The position numbers were made by a program, and so were the translations under genes. A DNA stretch of 64,000 nucleotides, the filler included, from Collodictyon triciliatum (taxonomy: Eukaryota), in assembly GCA_043381765.1 (NCBI GenBank). It is 25 parts of 25 records of this genome, joined end to end, with 100 filler letters (N's around TTAATTAATTAA, not from the genome) between each part and the next. Parts side by side here need not be neighbours in the genome. Positions count along the whole stretch, not along the records: positions 61,721 to 64,000 come from JBHJMP010009125.1; 24 more parts are not named here. The stretch is one strand, 5' to 3'. How positions within the stretch are numbered: the first letter of the stretch is position 1; each line of letters opens with the position of its first letter. Positions 61,770 through 64,000 of the stretch are shown piece by piece. Under the pieces are notes generated by a model that saw only the letters and a program-made list of their open reading frames with translations, was not told the DNA's origin and searched no databases.

Positions 61770-62857
61770 GCAATACATTGCAGGTCGTAAAACATACTTT
61801 TGATGGCGATTGTGCATCGATTCGAATGGATTTGGATGATAAGGGAGATGTTTGGGTGACAAACCCCCCGGATAGCGTTCTACATTCCATCGATGATCAG
61901 AGAGGGCGTGTTGCACATGTCTCATTATTTTCAGCAACATGTTTTACTTTTGTTTCTTTTCTTGTCGTTGTCTTTCAATGTTTTATCAAAGAATTATCAC
62001 TATTTGACATCTGTGGAAAAAAAAAACCTTGGCATAGAGCCAGAAAAGGCTGGACTTTGTGGTGGTTCCGAAGAAAGGTCGTCTCTCGAGCTGGAGTTTG
62101 ATAGCTTGGTTTGACTCATGAGTGGTGATTGTTGAGGACTTTTTTCATTCTCTTCAGCAGGCTTCTTTTTGGGAGAAGACCATATAAAATGAAAAAAAAA
62201 AAGAAGCATGAAATATGAAAAAAATTAGGACAGTTAAGAAATATTTAAAGTATGTAAAGTAAGCCAGGCCACGCAAAAACTTAAAAAGTAGAGGATAAGT
62301 ATCTGATTTAAATCAATAAGTATAGTGATAATTACTTCGGATGGCGTGACCGACCAAGCTCTAATGTTGGGTAATAGAGTGAATCTACTGTTTACAGCAA
62401 CAGACTCAACCTTATCAATCAGTTTCTCAGCAAGTCGTCCCTGTGAATTGGCGCGGAAGTCGACCATATTGGCATTCAAGTACAGATACACTTTGATGGC
62501 AAAATGGATGGATTTGGCACATCGGCTCATAATAAAATGTTCTAAAGCATTTGTAGTCGAGCGCATCATCATCAAATTGCTAGTACATGAAATTGTTGGT
62601 CATTTACTAAATGAAAGTTAATGTATAAGAATTCGAGAAACAACATATGCTGAAATGCTTATTATAATATTCGCGTACCATAGCTGTGGAATATAAAATT
62701 CGATTTCCTCCTCGGGATATTCAAACAAGCGGTTTGCGATGTAATCAACCACACCAGGATTCTCAAACTTGAATAGATAAGTGACAGCAAGCCAGAGATC
62801 GAAAAACTGACTGTTGAAGAGGCGCAAAAGTGACCCAACATTCGCACTTCCATCCAT
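61770..62857 (-). CDS. PI4KB: Phosphatidylinositol 4-kinase beta (PIK1), N-terminal exons
   Basis: SLLRLFNSQFFDLWLAVTYLFK..PGVVDYIANRLFEYPEEEIEFYIPQL|..ALEHFIMSRCAKSIHFA. Confidence 0.9.
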
Positions 62858-63925
62858 TTTTTGAGATCTGGTTGTTCATTATTGTCCATTATTGTTCATT
62901 ATTGTTTGTTTGTTTGTTTGTTTGTTTGTTTGTTTGTTTGTTTGTTTGTTTGTTTGTTTGTTTGTTTGTTTGTTTGTTTGTTTGTTTGTTTGTTTGTTTG
63001 TTTGTTTGAAGTTATTATTTTCACGACGATGCTTTTTGAGTGATTTTGTTTCATTAAAAAAACGGAAATCATTTAAATAAAACACATGATCTGATATAGA
63101 GATTAGATATCATTTATGTAATATTTGTTTTATTTATTTAGGATTCATTGATGTTTCTGAGTTGCGAATCAATAGAAGAAAAATAAATGAAAATTGAAAA
63201 TCATCCAATATCGATAACAATTGATATGACATGTGTCTACATTAATCTATGCGAGTGAATATTGCAAAACTGTATGATTGTAACACATATACAAACCCAG
63301 GCATCACATCGTCCTTGATTCGGTCCATCGCTGTGGAATAGAGGGCGGCACTGCAGCTGTTAGAAGATATAATCAGTGCATTGCTGGGTGCGCCTCCAGT
63401 GGGCGAACAAGTCACGTCGCGGGGAATAATGACTTGGCCACTTTCTGTCGTGATTGCCTCCTGCGCTGACGATGCAGCGACGCCGGTTGGGCTGCTGAGG
63501 AACTGCAGACTGTTGCGCATGCCCAAGGACATTCCTGCGAGTCGGGGTGTGCTTATCTGCTTTAGCAAGGTGCGGTGGATTTAACTGGAAAATTATAGTA
63601 AAGTAAAAACAAAACCAAAAAAAAAGTGAGAGGATGACATAAAAGAAAAATATGGAAACTGTTAAAGTGTTTAGTGAATTCAGTTGCGCCGTTTAAGTTA
63701 CAACTAAATATATATTTTTTCACAAGGAAACATGAATTATTCGGTCATGTGCGGGCTGAAATATGTGGTGACAGAGAGCATAAGTTAAGTTAAAATAACT
63801 AGCTAGGAAGAAAGTATGGAATCAATTGTGGGGAATATCTTCCAATTGCCACTCTCCTATTGATAGGCATTGTCATGCGAGAGCAAGAGTTCAGAGTCGT
63901 TTTGAATTTGGCTCTGTTTTTGTTT

Positions 63926-64000
<75 letters not shown>

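Overview
Fragmented eukaryotic (protist-like) assembly: about 25 unrelated contigs of ~2.4 kb joined by artificial N44-TTAATTAATTAA-N44 linkers. Most contigs break at homopolymers or microsatellites, so adjacency across linkers is meaningless. The DNA is AT-rich, intron-rich and uses the standard code. Recognisable, mostly partial host genes: TPR protein, mitochondrial TFB1M/KsgA-type dimethylase, Nuf2, secreted LRR protein, profilin, HMG-box protein, 627-aa multipass membrane protein, RBM42, P2X receptor, TBCCD1, GMC/cholesterol-oxidase-like protein, OTUD6B, Grx5, Beclin-1/ATG6, adenosine kinase, H2A.X-like histone, acyl-CoA synthetase, claudin-like protein, LRRC23, PI4K-beta and tRNA-Lys(CTT). 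Highlights: (1) two decayed copies of a Fanzor1-type (eukaryotic TnpB, RNA-guided nuclease family) gene, one possibly carrying a spliceosomal intron; (2) a family of ~25-bp 'LINE-tail-only' insertions with 16-17 bp target-site duplications and a shared 5' boundary, plus their parent L1/Tx1-like LINE; (3) an LRR gene built from seven consecutive 69-nt phase-1 exons; (4) an intronless TMEM132-like Ig-repeat protein with a tandem bacterial-type cohesin and dockerin; (5) a modular 54-bp GC-rich satellite; (6) frequent AAG acceptors and GTT donors. All calls come from reading motifs by eye; no database searches were run.
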